A DNA stretch of 64,000 bases from the NCBI RefSeq assembly GCF_004010195.1, contig NC_057714.1:10935028-10999027 (forward strand), given 5' to 3'. The position numbers were made by a program, and so were the translations under genes. Of this stretch, positions 49,181 through 62,020 are shown in pieces. The notes under the pieces are model-generated. The model had not been told where the DNA came from and did not search any database. It saw nothing but the letters and a program-made list of their open reading frames with translations. How positions within the stretch are numbered: position 1 is the stretch's first letter; the number at the start of each line of letters is the position of its first letter. The stretch comes from Chiloscyllium plagiosum (taxonomy: Eukaryota).

Positions 49181-50919
49181 ACTTCAGTCTAAGCTTGTTT
49201 AAGTTAATCAGAACTTAAATTGCTAAATTAAGTAAACAGCCCAGTTGCCAATGGGCAGAAAGAGGAATGTGGTCCTGCTGTTAGATCAATGATACCTTGT
49301 GGTTTAAAGAAAGATTATTTAATCTTCTAAGAATGTTTAGGACACATTGCATAGTATAACAGTTCTGTCCTTATATACCAGCATACCACATAAAATACCA
49401 CATACAATGTCATATTGGATTCCCCGCATAAGAAATATTAAACATGGCCATATTCTCGACAGCAACAAATTATTCTTCCTTTCCAGGCGAGCTCATAGTT
49501 TACATTTCAATTTTGAGTTCACAGTTTTCAAACCCATATTTGATTCATACTTAATGAAATATTAGCATTAACACAAATTTAAATGGGGCTAGATTTCACA
49601 TGGAGGAATGATTGCCCAGCACAATGCTGGGCTTCAATACCACCCTTCCCAACTTGACCAGTTCATCTAACTTTAAGTTTCTGATGATGGCTTCTTGACC
49701 AATGATAGGCAGGGCTTCCAGCTGTCTCCAGGAACAAAGCCCAGCTCATAAAAGCTACCAGTCAAATGGAGGTCCAGAGCATCTCACACCGCTAGTGCCA
49801 AGCAGGAGTAATGGCTATTACTAATGCTGCAAGTAGGCTAAGGAGGAGGCATTCAGCAATAATCGGCTACATCAGGAATCTCCCTGGAGCCAAGATGACA
49901 GGTCTCAGTAAGGACTTGAGGGGGAATGCTGGTCAGGCAGTGTGGGGTGGTAGAGAAAAGGAAAAATTCTGGGAGGGGGCCTCAGATTCACAAAGTGGCC
50001 CCAGCAAGAGGCACCTTTTCACTCCTGCCTTCAACAGGCTAGCAGCCCACCAGGTTAAACCTGCTAGGCAGCATGTTGAATGCCAGCTGCTACAACTACC
50101 TATTTCATTAGACTGTTGTCAGGGTGACACCCTTAATTAGACAGTAATGGACCACTTATAGGTTTCAATTGGGCCAGAGGTGGGTGCGCACCCAATATCT
50201 CCACTGCCACACGAGGGGCTGTGGGCAGGTCCACCCATCTGCCTTTTACTAATTAAAAGCAAGACAAATTAAAGCAAGCCAGCTGGACGAGTGGGTGTGG
50301 GTGCTCACCACCATCATAAATGTGCAGGCAGTTACACTCATGCTGAAGGTTACTTGTGAAGGTGATTTGATGGAAAGAGAAAATTACATATTCCATGTCA
50401 GTAATGGCACTAGCCAGTTATTCAAATTACTGTAGCTTTGAAACAAGGAAACAGCCCATGCAATCACTTGTACTATTGACGTGGTAACAAATACAAGTGT
50501 AACTTCTGACAGATCAACTTTTCACATTCAAATTGAGGTGGAAGCAATTCATAGAGCCCTCCCTCACACACACGTGTGCAGAGTGAGATGTTCATTGCTT
50601 GCAACAATAAAGTTTCAAACTATTTAAATTTTGAATTTAGTTGGAGACTTCAGCCCAGATTTACAAAGCTACGAGGTTATACCTTTATTATGCAGCGTAA
50701 CCAAGCAATGGAAAAAAAATTAACAGTAAACATTTACTCAGTGCACATCATCTTTGAGTTCATCACTGAATTTCTGTCCAAATAACTTGAATATTAGTTT
50801 TGAAGCTTCAATAGAGAAACAAAGAAAATAACTCATGTAAATCTTGAGAAAGCTACATTGAAAATAAGCATTCTGAATCAAAAAAAATTAATGTAGCACA
50901 AAAGTGCAACTAATGAGAA

Positions 50920-51160
50920 TAGTATAGTGACAATGTTACTGAATTAGAAATCCTGGTTTAGTGTTCCTACCGTTGTAGTTGAGGGAATTAGATATGGTTA
51001 GGGAGTGACAAACTGCTAGTGTCATTATTAATGAGTATGAAATTGTCACACTGTCATGAAAACCTACCTGCTTCACTCATGTCCTTCAGCAGAGAAAAAT
51101 CTGTAATCCTTATCAAACTGATATGCATGTGACTCTAGACCCACAGCAATGGGATTGGCA
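50920..51160 (+). mobile_element. Old SINE of the family related to the older LINE
   Basis: Collinear with 4835-5090: gctagtgtc, aaaaccta..ttcactcatgtccttc, gtgactctagacccacagcaat. Confidence 0.65.
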
Positions 51161-51725
51161 ATACATTGGCATTGCTAGGGTCTGGCATGTCTACTGCAAG
51201 GATGTCAAGTTTCAAATTAACTGGTGAAATGTACCTCTTGGGCTACAGCCAAATAACTTAGGAGCTGAACCAATAAGGAAGAATTACACTTTATTATATT
51301 TAGGCCAGTAGGGTAATTTTTCAATAGTAAACTAGAAAAGTAATTATGCCTCGCTCAGTGTGGTTTTCTTTGTAAAATGCCAGTGAAGCATAAATTTCAT
51401 TATCTTGTATTACCTTATCTTTATTGGTTTGTGTTTGACAGTTACACCTTAATATAAATCACTTTCTCATGGGTAATATCTCAACTGCTGAACTCGACTA
51501 AACCTTTACAAAGAAACAATTTGGTTAAACCCAACAGATTGAATTAGCAACATGAACCAATAGCGATATAGCCACTAAGGTTTAATTACTAGGAAGTGTG
51601 TATTCTTAGAAAAAATAACACACGCATCTCAGCAAATTCCTGATAAAGCCAACGGCATAAGAAAACCACAAGCCACTTATATATACACATACATACACAC
51701 ACATATTTAAAGAGACGTAACTTAC

Positions 51726-51787
51726 CACATAACTTGGCCTATATCTTTCAAAAAATTCAAAACCACATTCTTTTCTGAATTTTGCAT
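51726..51787 (-). CDS. Candidate alternative first coding exon (phase 2)
   Basis: ATG at 51787 is open to donor GTG|GTAAGT and encodes MQNSEKNVVLNFLKDIGQVM(W/C). TE-free island. Confidence 0.33.
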
Positions 51788-52039
51788 ATGACTACCTTGC
51801 CTCAATTACAGTAAAACCTTATAGTAGTTCAACAGTTGACACAAAAATGAAAGTTTACTAAGACTTTGGTAGGCAGCAATAGCTTGCTTCAATAGGTGCT
51901 GTTATAGGATTATAAGTACCATATTGGAAATGGTTATGACTGCGCATGATCATGAGTTCAGCAATATGAACCAGTTGTTTAGGCAGCATAAACATTATTT
52001 TTATAGCTTTCACTTCTGTTATCACAGGTAACGTGAATG

Positions 52040-54213
52040 TTCTATTTTGAATCTAAAAGTCAAAAGTTCTAAATGGAGGAAGGCCAATTTTAACGGTATT
52101 AGGTAGGAAGTTTCAAAAGTTGGTTGGGGTCGAATGTTCACAGGTAAATGTTCAGCTGGAAAATGAGGAGCTTCAGTAATGAGATAATGAGAGCCCAGAG
52201 ACATTATGTTCCTTTTAGGGTGAAAGGCAAGGCTGGTAGGTGTAGGGAATGCTGGATGACTGGAGAAATTGAGCTTTTGGTCAAGAATAAGAACAAAGCA
52301 TATGTCAGGTATAAACATCAGAGATAGAATAAATCCTTAGAAGAGTATAAAGGTATGAGGAGTATACTTAAGAGGGAAATCAGGCGGGCAAAACGGAGAT
52401 ATTTGGCAAATAGGGTTAAGGAGAATCCAAAAGGGACTCTATAAATACATTAAGGACAAAAGAGTAATTAGGGAGAGAATAGGGCCCCTTTAAAATAGGC
52501 AAGGCCAGCTGTGTGTGGAACCACAGGAGATAGAAGAGATACTATATGAGTATTTTTGCATCAATGTTTTAGTGTGGAGAAAATATGGAAGATAATAGAA
52601 CGTGGGGAGATAAATAGTGACATCTTGAAAAGTGTCCATATTACAGAGGTGATGATGCTTAGATGTCTTAAAATGCATAAACCCCCAGGACCTGATCAGA
52701 TGTACCCTAGAACTCTGTGGGAAGCCAGGGAAGCAATTCCTGGGATCCTTACTGAAATAGTTGCTTCATAATAGTCACAGGCGAGATGCCGGAAGACTGG
52801 AGGTTGGTTAAACTGGTGTCACTATTTAAGAATGGTGGTAAGAAAAAGCCAGGAACTATAGACCTGACATCAATGGCGGGCAAGTTGTTGGGGAAATCCT
52901 GAGGGACAGGATTTACATGCATTTGGAAAGGCAAGGACTGATTCGGGATAGTCAACATGGCTTTGTGTGTGGGGAATCATATCTCACAAACTTGACTGAG
53001 TTTTTTCTGAAGTAGTAATGAAGAGCATTGATGAGGGAAGAGCAGTGAATGTGATCTAAATGGACCTCAGCAAGGCGTTCAACAAGGCTCTGCACAGTAG
53101 GCTAGTTAGTAAGGTTAATAACATGGAATACAGGGAGAACTAGCCATGTGGATACAGACCTGGTTCAAAGGTAGAAGATAGAGGGTGGTGGAGGGTTGCT
53201 TTTCAGACTGGAGGCCTGTGACCAATTGTGTGCCACAAGGATCGGTGCTGTGTCCACTGCTTTTTGTCATTGATATAAATTGCTTGGATGTGAACAAAGA
53301 ACATATGGTTAGTAAGTTTACAGTTGACACCGGAATTGGTGGTGTAGTGGATAGCAAAGGTTACCTCAGAGTTCAACAAGACCTTGATCAGATGGGCCAA
53401 TGGGCTGAGGAGTGGCAGATGGAGTTTAATTTAGATAAATATGAGGTGTAGCATTTTGGAAAGGCAAATCAGGGCAGGGCTTATACACTTAATGGTAAGG
53501 TCCTGGGAGTGTTGCTGAACAAAAAGATCTTGGAGTGTGGGTTCATAGTTTGTTCAAAGTGGACTTGCAGGTAGACAGGATAGTGAAGGTGCATCCTTGC
53601 CTTTATTGGTCAGTGCATTGAGTACAGGAATTGGGAGGTCATGTTACAGCTGTATAAGACATTGGTTAGGTTGCTTTTAGAAAAGTGAATTCAATTCTGG
53701 TCTCCCTGCTAATAGGAAGGATGTTGTAAAACTTGAAAGGGTTCAGAAACAATTTACAAGAATATTGCCAGGATTACAGGATTCGAGTTAAAGGGAGAAG
53801 CTGAATAGGCTGGGGCTGGTTTTCCTAGATTATCAGAGGCTGAGGGATGACCTTATAAAACTCCAATAAGGTCATGAGGGGCATGGATAGGTTGAATAGC
53901 CAAGGTATTTTCCCAGGATAGCAGACTCCAAAAGAGGCCATAGTTTTAAAGTGAGGGGGGAGGGATTTAAAAGGGATCTAAAGGGCAACTTTTTCATGCA
54001 GAGGGTGATGCATGTGTGGAATGAGCTGCCAGAGGAAGTTGTGCAGGCTAGTACAATTAGAATATTTAAAAGGCATCTGGATAGTTATATGAGTGTTTTG
54101 AGTGATATGGGCCAAATGCTGGCAAATGGGACTAGATTAATATAGGATATCAGGTCAGCATAGATGAGTTAGACCATAGGGTCTGTCTTCATGCTGTACA
54201 GCTATATGACTCT
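52040..54213 (+). mobile_element. 5'-truncated CR1/HER1 LINE (linker, RT, 3' tail)
   Basis: PGPDQMYPRTLWEAREAI, VPQGSVLCPLLFVIDIN, KFTVDT and WQMEFN; tail gctgtacagctatatgactcta. Confidence 0.94.
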
Positions 54214-56059
54214 AAATGAAATTATTGTTTCTATGAATATTAGACCTACCACTAAGAACTACAATTGGCAACAACTAAGTTGTTGCTCACATGTCTTACA
54301 CACAACAAACACGAGGAACCATCACAAGACTAAACTGCTGAAAACCTAATTTATTACAACAGCAAGAAAATGAAGCATAAAGTGGCAAGACTCCTGTTTA
54401 AGACAGTTTCGGTCAACCTCCTCCCCCTTCTGGGAAATCATGTGTTATCATGAGTATGTTAAAGACCATCCCTGATGTCCCTATTGATTCCATTTTGAAA
54501 TGATTTGCTACATATGTGGAAGGTCAGAGATGATTTATTCTGGAAAGAAGATGCTCAAGTTATTGAATATAACATTTTAATCACCTCACATCTTGCTTAT
54601 TTACTCCTCTCCACAAGAAAATATCTGGCTTCTGTTTAACCATGCAGTCAAAATAAGAACTGTGACTTGGTCCCTGACTCTCCATCTAATGTGGGATCAT
54701 TGTCCAGTGCATGGTACAAACGCACCCCCTCCACAACATCCCACTTTCACATTAAAGCTTTGTTCTCAGATTTCTGTTGGTCTCAAGAACATGAATAATC
54801 AGCTTTGTATCCTTCAAAGGCAGAGAGATCAACTTATTCAAAAGCATGCTGACTGGTGTAACAGGAATATACTTAACTCCTCGCAACCGTGCAAAATTAG
54901 TGATTTCGAACCACTGCCGGTTAAGCCCATGCCATTTTCTTTTAAAATCAACTTACTGGAAAGGAAAGTTGGGCGAGTATATAACAGGTAGCCATAGTTG
55001 CCCATGTTATACAATACTAATGTCAGGCTAATTTTAATGTTTGTTCAGTGTGAGAAACATTAGCGCAGTTTGAATTTGAAAACTTCCTTTGAATTTACTG
55101 CTAAAACACCTTGAAGACAAATATCTGCAAATGCCTTACTACAAAGCCACCCCAAATTTAAAACTTGTTCCGTGGTATAAGCAATGCAATAGCTCCCAAA
55201 ATTAATTTATTTACAATTAACTCCACATAGTGTAAACACCATTGTACAGATCAAAATAAGATACTTGAGCATATAAATAGAAGTTACAAGATAACGAAAA
55301 CTGTAGGGGAAGTGTATTACAACTACTTCCCCAAAGTAACCTTTTAAAGGACACATCAGCTTGACTAAGTAGATTACAGGATGTTGTCCCACAGTATGGT
55401 TGACAGTTTTAAAAAGTAAACAAAAATATTACATTACTATAGCATAGTAATGATAAAGGAAATGTATGACATGCGGTTGTTTTATTTAGTCAAGAAAATT
55501 GCAAGGTCGTGCAACTTTACTGCTTAAAAATATGTATTTCCATTACAACGCGATTTAATATTCTTCAACATAGCAATATTCAATTACAAAAGAAAGCCTT
55601 CTGAACAAATTCATTAGGACAGTTGCAAGGAGTCTAGCCATTTTGTTGCGATTAACTAGCTTTAGTAATTTTCAAACTTGTCTCCATGTAGGACTCCCAA
55701 CGAACACTGCAATCCTATCTTTATTTCTAGCAGCTAACATCAGAAATCACAGAAAAAAAAGTAGCTAAAAACGGCTTTAGAGGAAAAAAAAAGGACATTG
55801 CAAGCAGCAACATAGAAGTTTAATGCTTCCTTCATAGATCTAATGACATTCTGGATCCTCTCATGAATTCCAAGGTGTGGGAAACCACAATTGAAACTTT
55901 TATTAACATAGTACACTTTTTTCTAATCGTTATACTTCCTTTCAATAATCAGAGAAACATATTCCATAAATCACTGATGATTAATCTATTTTCTAAATTC
56001 TCTACTAAACAATTTCCTATTTCTCTGTAGTTGGGAAAACAGCAGAGAGGGGAAAAAAA

Positions 56060-59000
56060 GAGTTTGAGACTGGTTATGTCAGATATCTATCAAAAGCACT
56101 GGCTTGCAATATTCCCAATTCTTGGAGCAGGAAAAGCATACTTTCTCCTTTGACTGATCAGACTTCAATACAGGTAGAGGAACAGATGGGGGGGCCTAGG
56201 TGCATTAATAAATAAAAAGTACAAGGACTCTGGGTAATCCAAGATGGAGAACAGGAAAAATTTGAGGCTGTAAGGGCTGCTCCTTTTTGAAGTATTTTTC
56301 GCATTAGAGCTGCTTTGCAGGAGAAGTAATTACAAAGCCGTTGCTTTGTTTTGGAAATTTCGGGAAAAGAGATCAAAACAACAGCTCTTTAAAAAGGAGG
56401 AAGTGAGACAAAGGCAGAGACCATGTAGTCAGTGAATCAAATAAGAAAGAAACCAAAACTGCTGTCTGACACAGCAAATCTGCATGGCTACTGTCTTTGC
56501 TTTTTGAGTTCAAGTATCGCTGGATATCAGGGCGCATCTAAGGAAAATTAACAAACAGCAAAATTTACAGCTGACCTTGAGAGCTCACAGCACGGGGTAC
56601 CTAAGTGCATTTTTTTGTTTAAAAGCGCTATTTTGCTGTTCCTTTTCTTGATAAATCTACAATAATGAGTAGAGTGGGTTCTTTTTTGATTATATTCTTT
56701 GTTGAGATCTGTCTCTTGATTAAAAATATAAAACATAGTAACTAAGTTAGCCTGTAGCAGTGTTTTATAGAGCAGTGACTGTGCTATTTTCTAGGTCTGC
56801 AGAGTGACGTTCTCTTCCTGCTGCATGTGGAAGATTATGAAGAGTTTCCAGATTACTGATGATCATGTCTGCAGGAAGTGTGTTTGGTTGAGAATCCTAT
56901 CAGATTGCATGGATTTGGTAGAATAGCAGTTTGAGGCAATGAGGAATTTACAGGAGCTAAGGGGTGTGATGGATGGCAGCTATAGGAAGGGAGAAAAGCA
57001 GCAGATACACAGTCAGGTAGATGGGTTAACTCCAGGAAAGGTAGGAGAGGGAGGAAAGTAGTGCAGGAGTCTCCTGTGGCTATCCCCCATCTCAAACAAG
57101 TATGCTGTTTTGGAAAATGTAGGGCATAGTGGACTCTCAGGGAAATGTAGCACCAATAGCAAAGTTTCTGGTATCGAGACAGGCTCTAATGTAATGATGA
57201 TACATCAGGTTAGAAGCGAGCGATTGTAATAGGGGACTCTCTAGTCAGAGGCACAGACAGAAGTTTCTGCGGCCAGCAGCAAAACATCAGAATGGTGTGT
57301 TGCCTCCTTGATCAAGAGAGAGTGCAGAATATTCTCAAAAGGGAAAGGGACCAGTTGGAGGTTATTATACATATTGGAAATAACGACATAGGAAGGGAAA
57401 CAGATGAGATTCTGAAGGGAGAATATAGAAAGTTAGGCACGAATTTAGAAAGGTCGTCTTTGAGAGTAATAATATCTGGATTACTCCTGGTGCGATGAGC
57501 TAGTGAGGGTAGGAATAGGAAGATAGAGCCAATGAATGCATGGCTGAGGAGTTGGTGCTGGGGAGAAGGATTCACATTTTTGGATCATTGGAATTTCTTT
57601 TGGGATTGAGGTTACCTGTATAAGAAGGACGGATTGCACCTGAATTGGAAGGGGACTAATATATTGGCAGGGAGATTTTCTAGAGCTGCTTGGGAGGATT
57701 TAAACTAGTAAGGCGGTAGGTGGGACCCAGGGAGTGAGTGAGGAAAGAGATCAGTCTAAGACTGGTACATTTGGGAAAAGGAGTACGTCAAACAGTCAGG
57801 GCAGGCAGGGATAGAGAATGAAGTAGGACTGATAAATTAAACTGATAAATATCAATGCAAGACGCCTAACAGGGAAGGCAGAAGAACTCAGGGTTGAGTT
57901 AGGAACATGGTTCCGGATGTAAAAGTTAAAGTTTTAAATTGAAGGAAAGCTAATGTTGATGGTATTAGGCAGGAACTTTCAAATATTGACTGGGGCCAAA
58001 TGTTCGCAGGTAAGGGGATGGCTGGAAAATGGGAAACCTTCAAAAATGAGATAAGAGAATCCAGAGACAGGTGAAAGGCAAGGCTGGGAGTTGTCAGAAA
58101 TGCTGGATGACTAAAGAAATTGAGGTTTTGGTCAAGAAAAAGAAGGAAGCATATGTCAGTTATAGACAGCAGATATCAATGAATCCTTAGAAGTATATAA
58201 AGGCGGTAGGAGTATACTTCAGAGGGAAATCAAAAAGGAGTCATGAGATAGCTTTGGCAAATAGGATTAAGGAGAATCCAAAGGGATTTTATAAATATAG
58301 TAAGGACAAAAGCGTAATGAGGGACAGAATATGGCCCCTCAAAGATTTGTAAGGCAGTCTGTATGTGGAACGGTAGAAGATGGGAGAGATATTAAATGAG
58401 TATTTTGCATCAGTATTTAGAGTGGAGAAGGTCATGGAAGATTTAGAATGTGGGGAAGTAAATGGTGACATCTTGAAAAATTCCTGAACAAAGGCGTATG
58501 CCCGAAATGTCGATTCTCCTGCTTCTTGGATGCTGCCTGACCTGCTGCGCTTTCCCAGCACCACACTCTGGACTCTGATTTCCAGCATCAGCAGTCCTCA
58601 CTTTCCAAGTTGTGAAAAATATCCATATTACAGAGGTGGTGGTGTTAGATGTCTTAAAATGCAAAAAAGATAGATAAATCCCTAGCACCCAATCAGGTGT
58701 ATCCTAGAATGCTGCTGGAAGCTAGGGAGGTAATTGCTGGGCTCCTTGCTCAGATATTTGTATCATCGATAATCACAGGTGAGGTGCCAGAAGACTGGAG
58801 GTGAACTAACACGCTGCCACTATTTAAGAAAGGTGGTAAGAAAAAGTCAGGGAACTATAGACCATTTGAGCCTGACATCGGTGGTGGGCAAGTTGTTGGA
58901 GGGAATCCTGAGGGACAGGATTTACATGTATTTGGAAAGGGCTGACTCGGGATAGTCAGTGCGTGGGAAATCATGTCCCACTAACTTGATTGAATTTTTT

Positions 59001-59625
59001 GATGAAGTAACAAAGAGGATTGTTGAGGGAAGAGCAGTGGATGTGATTTAAATGGACTTTGGTAAGGCATTTGACATGGTTCTTTATGGCGGATTGTTAG
59101 TAAGGTTAAATCACATGGAATACAAGGAGAACTAGCCATTTGGATGCAGAACTGGCTAAAAGACAAGGGTGGTGGTGGAGGGTTGCTTTTCAGACTGGAG
59201 GCCTGTGACCAGTGGTGTCACAAGGATCAGTGCTGTGTCCACTGCTTTTTATCATTTATATAAATGATTTGGATGTGAACATAGCAGATATGGTTAGTAA
59301 GTTTGCAGATGACACCAAACTCTGAGGTGTAGTGGACAGTGAAGAAGGATATCTCAGACTACAATGGGATCTTGAACAGATGGGCCAATGAGCTGAGGAG
59401 TGGCAGATAGAGTTTAATGTAGATAAATGTGAGGTGCTGTGTTTTGGAAAGGCAAATCAGGGCAGGACTTATATGCTTAATGGTAAGGTCCTGGGGAGTG
59501 TTGCTGAAGAGAGAGAGCTTGGAGTTCAGGTTCATAGTACCTTGAAAGTGGAGTCGCAGGTAGACAGAATAGTGAAAGCAGCATTTAGTATTCTTGTCTT
59601 TATTGGTCAGTGCATTGCATATAGG
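56060..59625 (+). mobile_element. Long CR1/HER1 LINE: putative 5' UTR, ORF1 (Zn finger and esterase), EN mostly deleted, RT; 3' end missing
   Basis: ORF1 SSCCMW..DDHVCRKC (~56815), IVIGDSLVRG and MVCCL..IHIGNNDIG. ORF2 NARRLTGKAEEL, then a deletion at ~57915, then FADDTK (~59300). The 5' boundary (56060-56800) is inferred. Confidence 0.88.
58482..58612 (+). mobile_element. Penelope-like element, family A, single arm, inserted in CR1
   Basis: Degenerate core cctgaacaaaggcgtatgcccgaaatgtcg plus the family tail. 8-bp TSD tgaaaaat (58474-58481 and 58613-58620). Confidence 0.85.
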
Positions 59626-61477
59626 ATTCAAAACAGCAGAACCTGGGGTTGGCAAAGGGATTCCAAATGCTCAGGCAGGTGTAAATGTAATTCACAAATA
59701 TGATTAATGAAAACTGCAGCACAGATAACACATATTTAGGATGAGTATGAAGGGAAAGAATCCACACACTGCAGCTCCTCAGCAACGAATCATCCAAACA
59801 TCTTGGGACATGGATAATCAGTATGTCTTCACTGTCTAAGTTGACATGTAGTCCCTCAGCAGAAATGCAGTTTTGCATCCCCTTTCTCCATGCTTCAGGT
59901 CTCTCAAAGATTAAAAATTGATGTTTAAACATATGCATGTGTGCAGTTGTGTCAGAATGAAGAGATCTGAAACAAAATTATATTTAAAGACTAAGACATA
60001 GCATTCGATTCACAGTTGCAGTTGGAATACCTTTGTAGCTTCGGATTCGCAGTTTTGTGAAGGAAAGAGACGTCATCTTAAAAGTACAGCATAGTTACAG
60101 TAGGATCTGATCATCAATAAGCTTGAAGAAAGTCTCGAGAAGCATGGGCTTTTATGACCAGAGTTTAAGACATGACCAAATAAAACTAACTATGATTAGA
60201 TAAAGAAAGAAAAGTCTTCTTTATTGCTCAGCTGAAGGCATCAGAAAGCCAAACTATGATAATCACAAAGCAAATTAAAGGTTAGGTTTAAAAACTTATT
60301 GATAGTCCTCCAATTATTTTAAAAGATTATCCTTTCCATAAACAGCAATAATGTTCATTAGAGGATATGTGAGGAGCAACAAAAAAAAAAGATAAGGGAG
60401 GAAATTTTCCATTTTAATTTGGTATTTTGTCGAATGACATTCACGGTGTCCGGTCCACCATGACTCAGTGATTTTTCTCTCTCAATCTTCTGCTCTACCT
60501 CACATTAACAATGCAACTGGGCTCTTGCGCATCTTTCACAGAGAATTGTATAGCTAGAGAACCACATGTGCTTGCCACTGTCAGCTTCTTCCAGCATTCA
60601 AACCATTGGCATATCTTTTGCACCCTCTCCAAAGCCTCTGTATCCTTCCTATAGAATGCGAATCAGAAATGCACACAATGCACCAAATGTGGCTTAATTG
60701 AAGTTTTATACTGCTGCAACATGACGTGCCAACTTTTATGCTCAATGCCCCAACTGATAAATGCAAACATGCCGTATGCCTTCATTACCATCTTATCCAT
60801 TTGTGTTGCCACTTTAAGGGAGCAATGCACCCTTACATCCTTCTATATAACAACGTTCCACTTACTGTACACTTTCCTCTTGCAATTGACCTCTCAATAT
60901 GCAATACTTCACATTTGTCTCGATTAAGTCTGCCATTTCTCCATGCAACTTTCCAACTGATCCTATTATATCCTTTGACAACCACACCAATCTTTGCAGT
61001 GTCTGCATACTTACTAATCAGACCACCTCCATTTTCATCCAAATCATTTACATATTTTACAAACAACATCAGTCCCAGCACTGATCCTTGTGGAGCCTCA
61101 TGGATCAGTCAGAATAACACCCCTCCATAATTATCTTTTGACTTCTTTGACCAAGTTAATTTTGTATCCATGTAGACAACAGCAACTGCCCTACTATCAA
61201 TCACCTTTGTCACTTCCTCAAAAAACTCAATTGTGAGAGGAGACTACTCCACACAAAGCCATGTTGACTATCTCTAATAAGTCCATTCTTTTCCAAATGC
61301 AAGTAGATCCTGTCTCTAAGAATCATCTCCAATAATTTTCCCACCACTGATGCAACACTCATTGGCCTAAAATTTCCTGGATTATCTTGGTTGTCCTTCT
61401 TAAGTAAAGGAACCATATTAGATATTCTCCAGACTTCTGGGACATCATCTGTGGTTGAAGAGGTTATTTAAATGTTT

Positions 61478-61600
61478 CTGGTCCGGTGATCCTTCCTCAG
61501 ATTTGAGTTCTGAGGAAAGGTCACTAGACCTGAAACATTAACTTTGATTTCTCTGCACAAATGCTGCCAAACCTGCTGAACTTTTCAAGCAATCTCTGCT
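61478..61600 (+). mobile_element. Penelope-like element, family C, with a short inverted arm
   Basis: CTGAGGA-A-AGGTC-ACTA-GACCT-GAAA-CATT at 61510-61539. Inverted partial copy gtccggtgatccttcctcaga at 61481-61501. Confidence 0.78.
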
Positions 61601-61935
61601 AACTAACAAACAAATCTCCTCCCTTGCCTCCCTCAGTATCCGAGGAAAGATCCCATCAGGCCTGGGGACTTATCTACCTGAAGTGTTTTTCAAGATACCC
61701 AACAGTCATCCTCCTTAATATCGATGTGCCTCAGAATATCAATATACCTCTCTCTAACCTTACCGTCCACATCCTTCTCCTTGGTGAATACCAATGCAAA
61801 GTACTCATTAAGGAACCCACCCACTTCCTCTGACTCCTTGCATAAATTCCTCCTTTGTCCTCGAGTGGACCTACTCTCTTGCTCCTAATATACATATAAA
61901 ATGCCTTGAGATTCTCCTTAATCCTACTTGCCAAA

Positions 61936-62020
61936 ATCCACAACCACCTAAGGAAGGAGCAGCTGTTCCAAATAAACCTGTTGGACTATAACCGGGTGTA
62001 GTGTGATTTTTAAAATTTGA
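61936..62020 (+). mobile_element. Penelope-like element, family B, short deleted copy
   Basis: aaacctgttggactataaccgggtgtagtgtgattttt matches 40191-40229. 12-bp TSD ctacttgccaaa (61924-61935 and 62021-62032). Confidence 0.82.
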
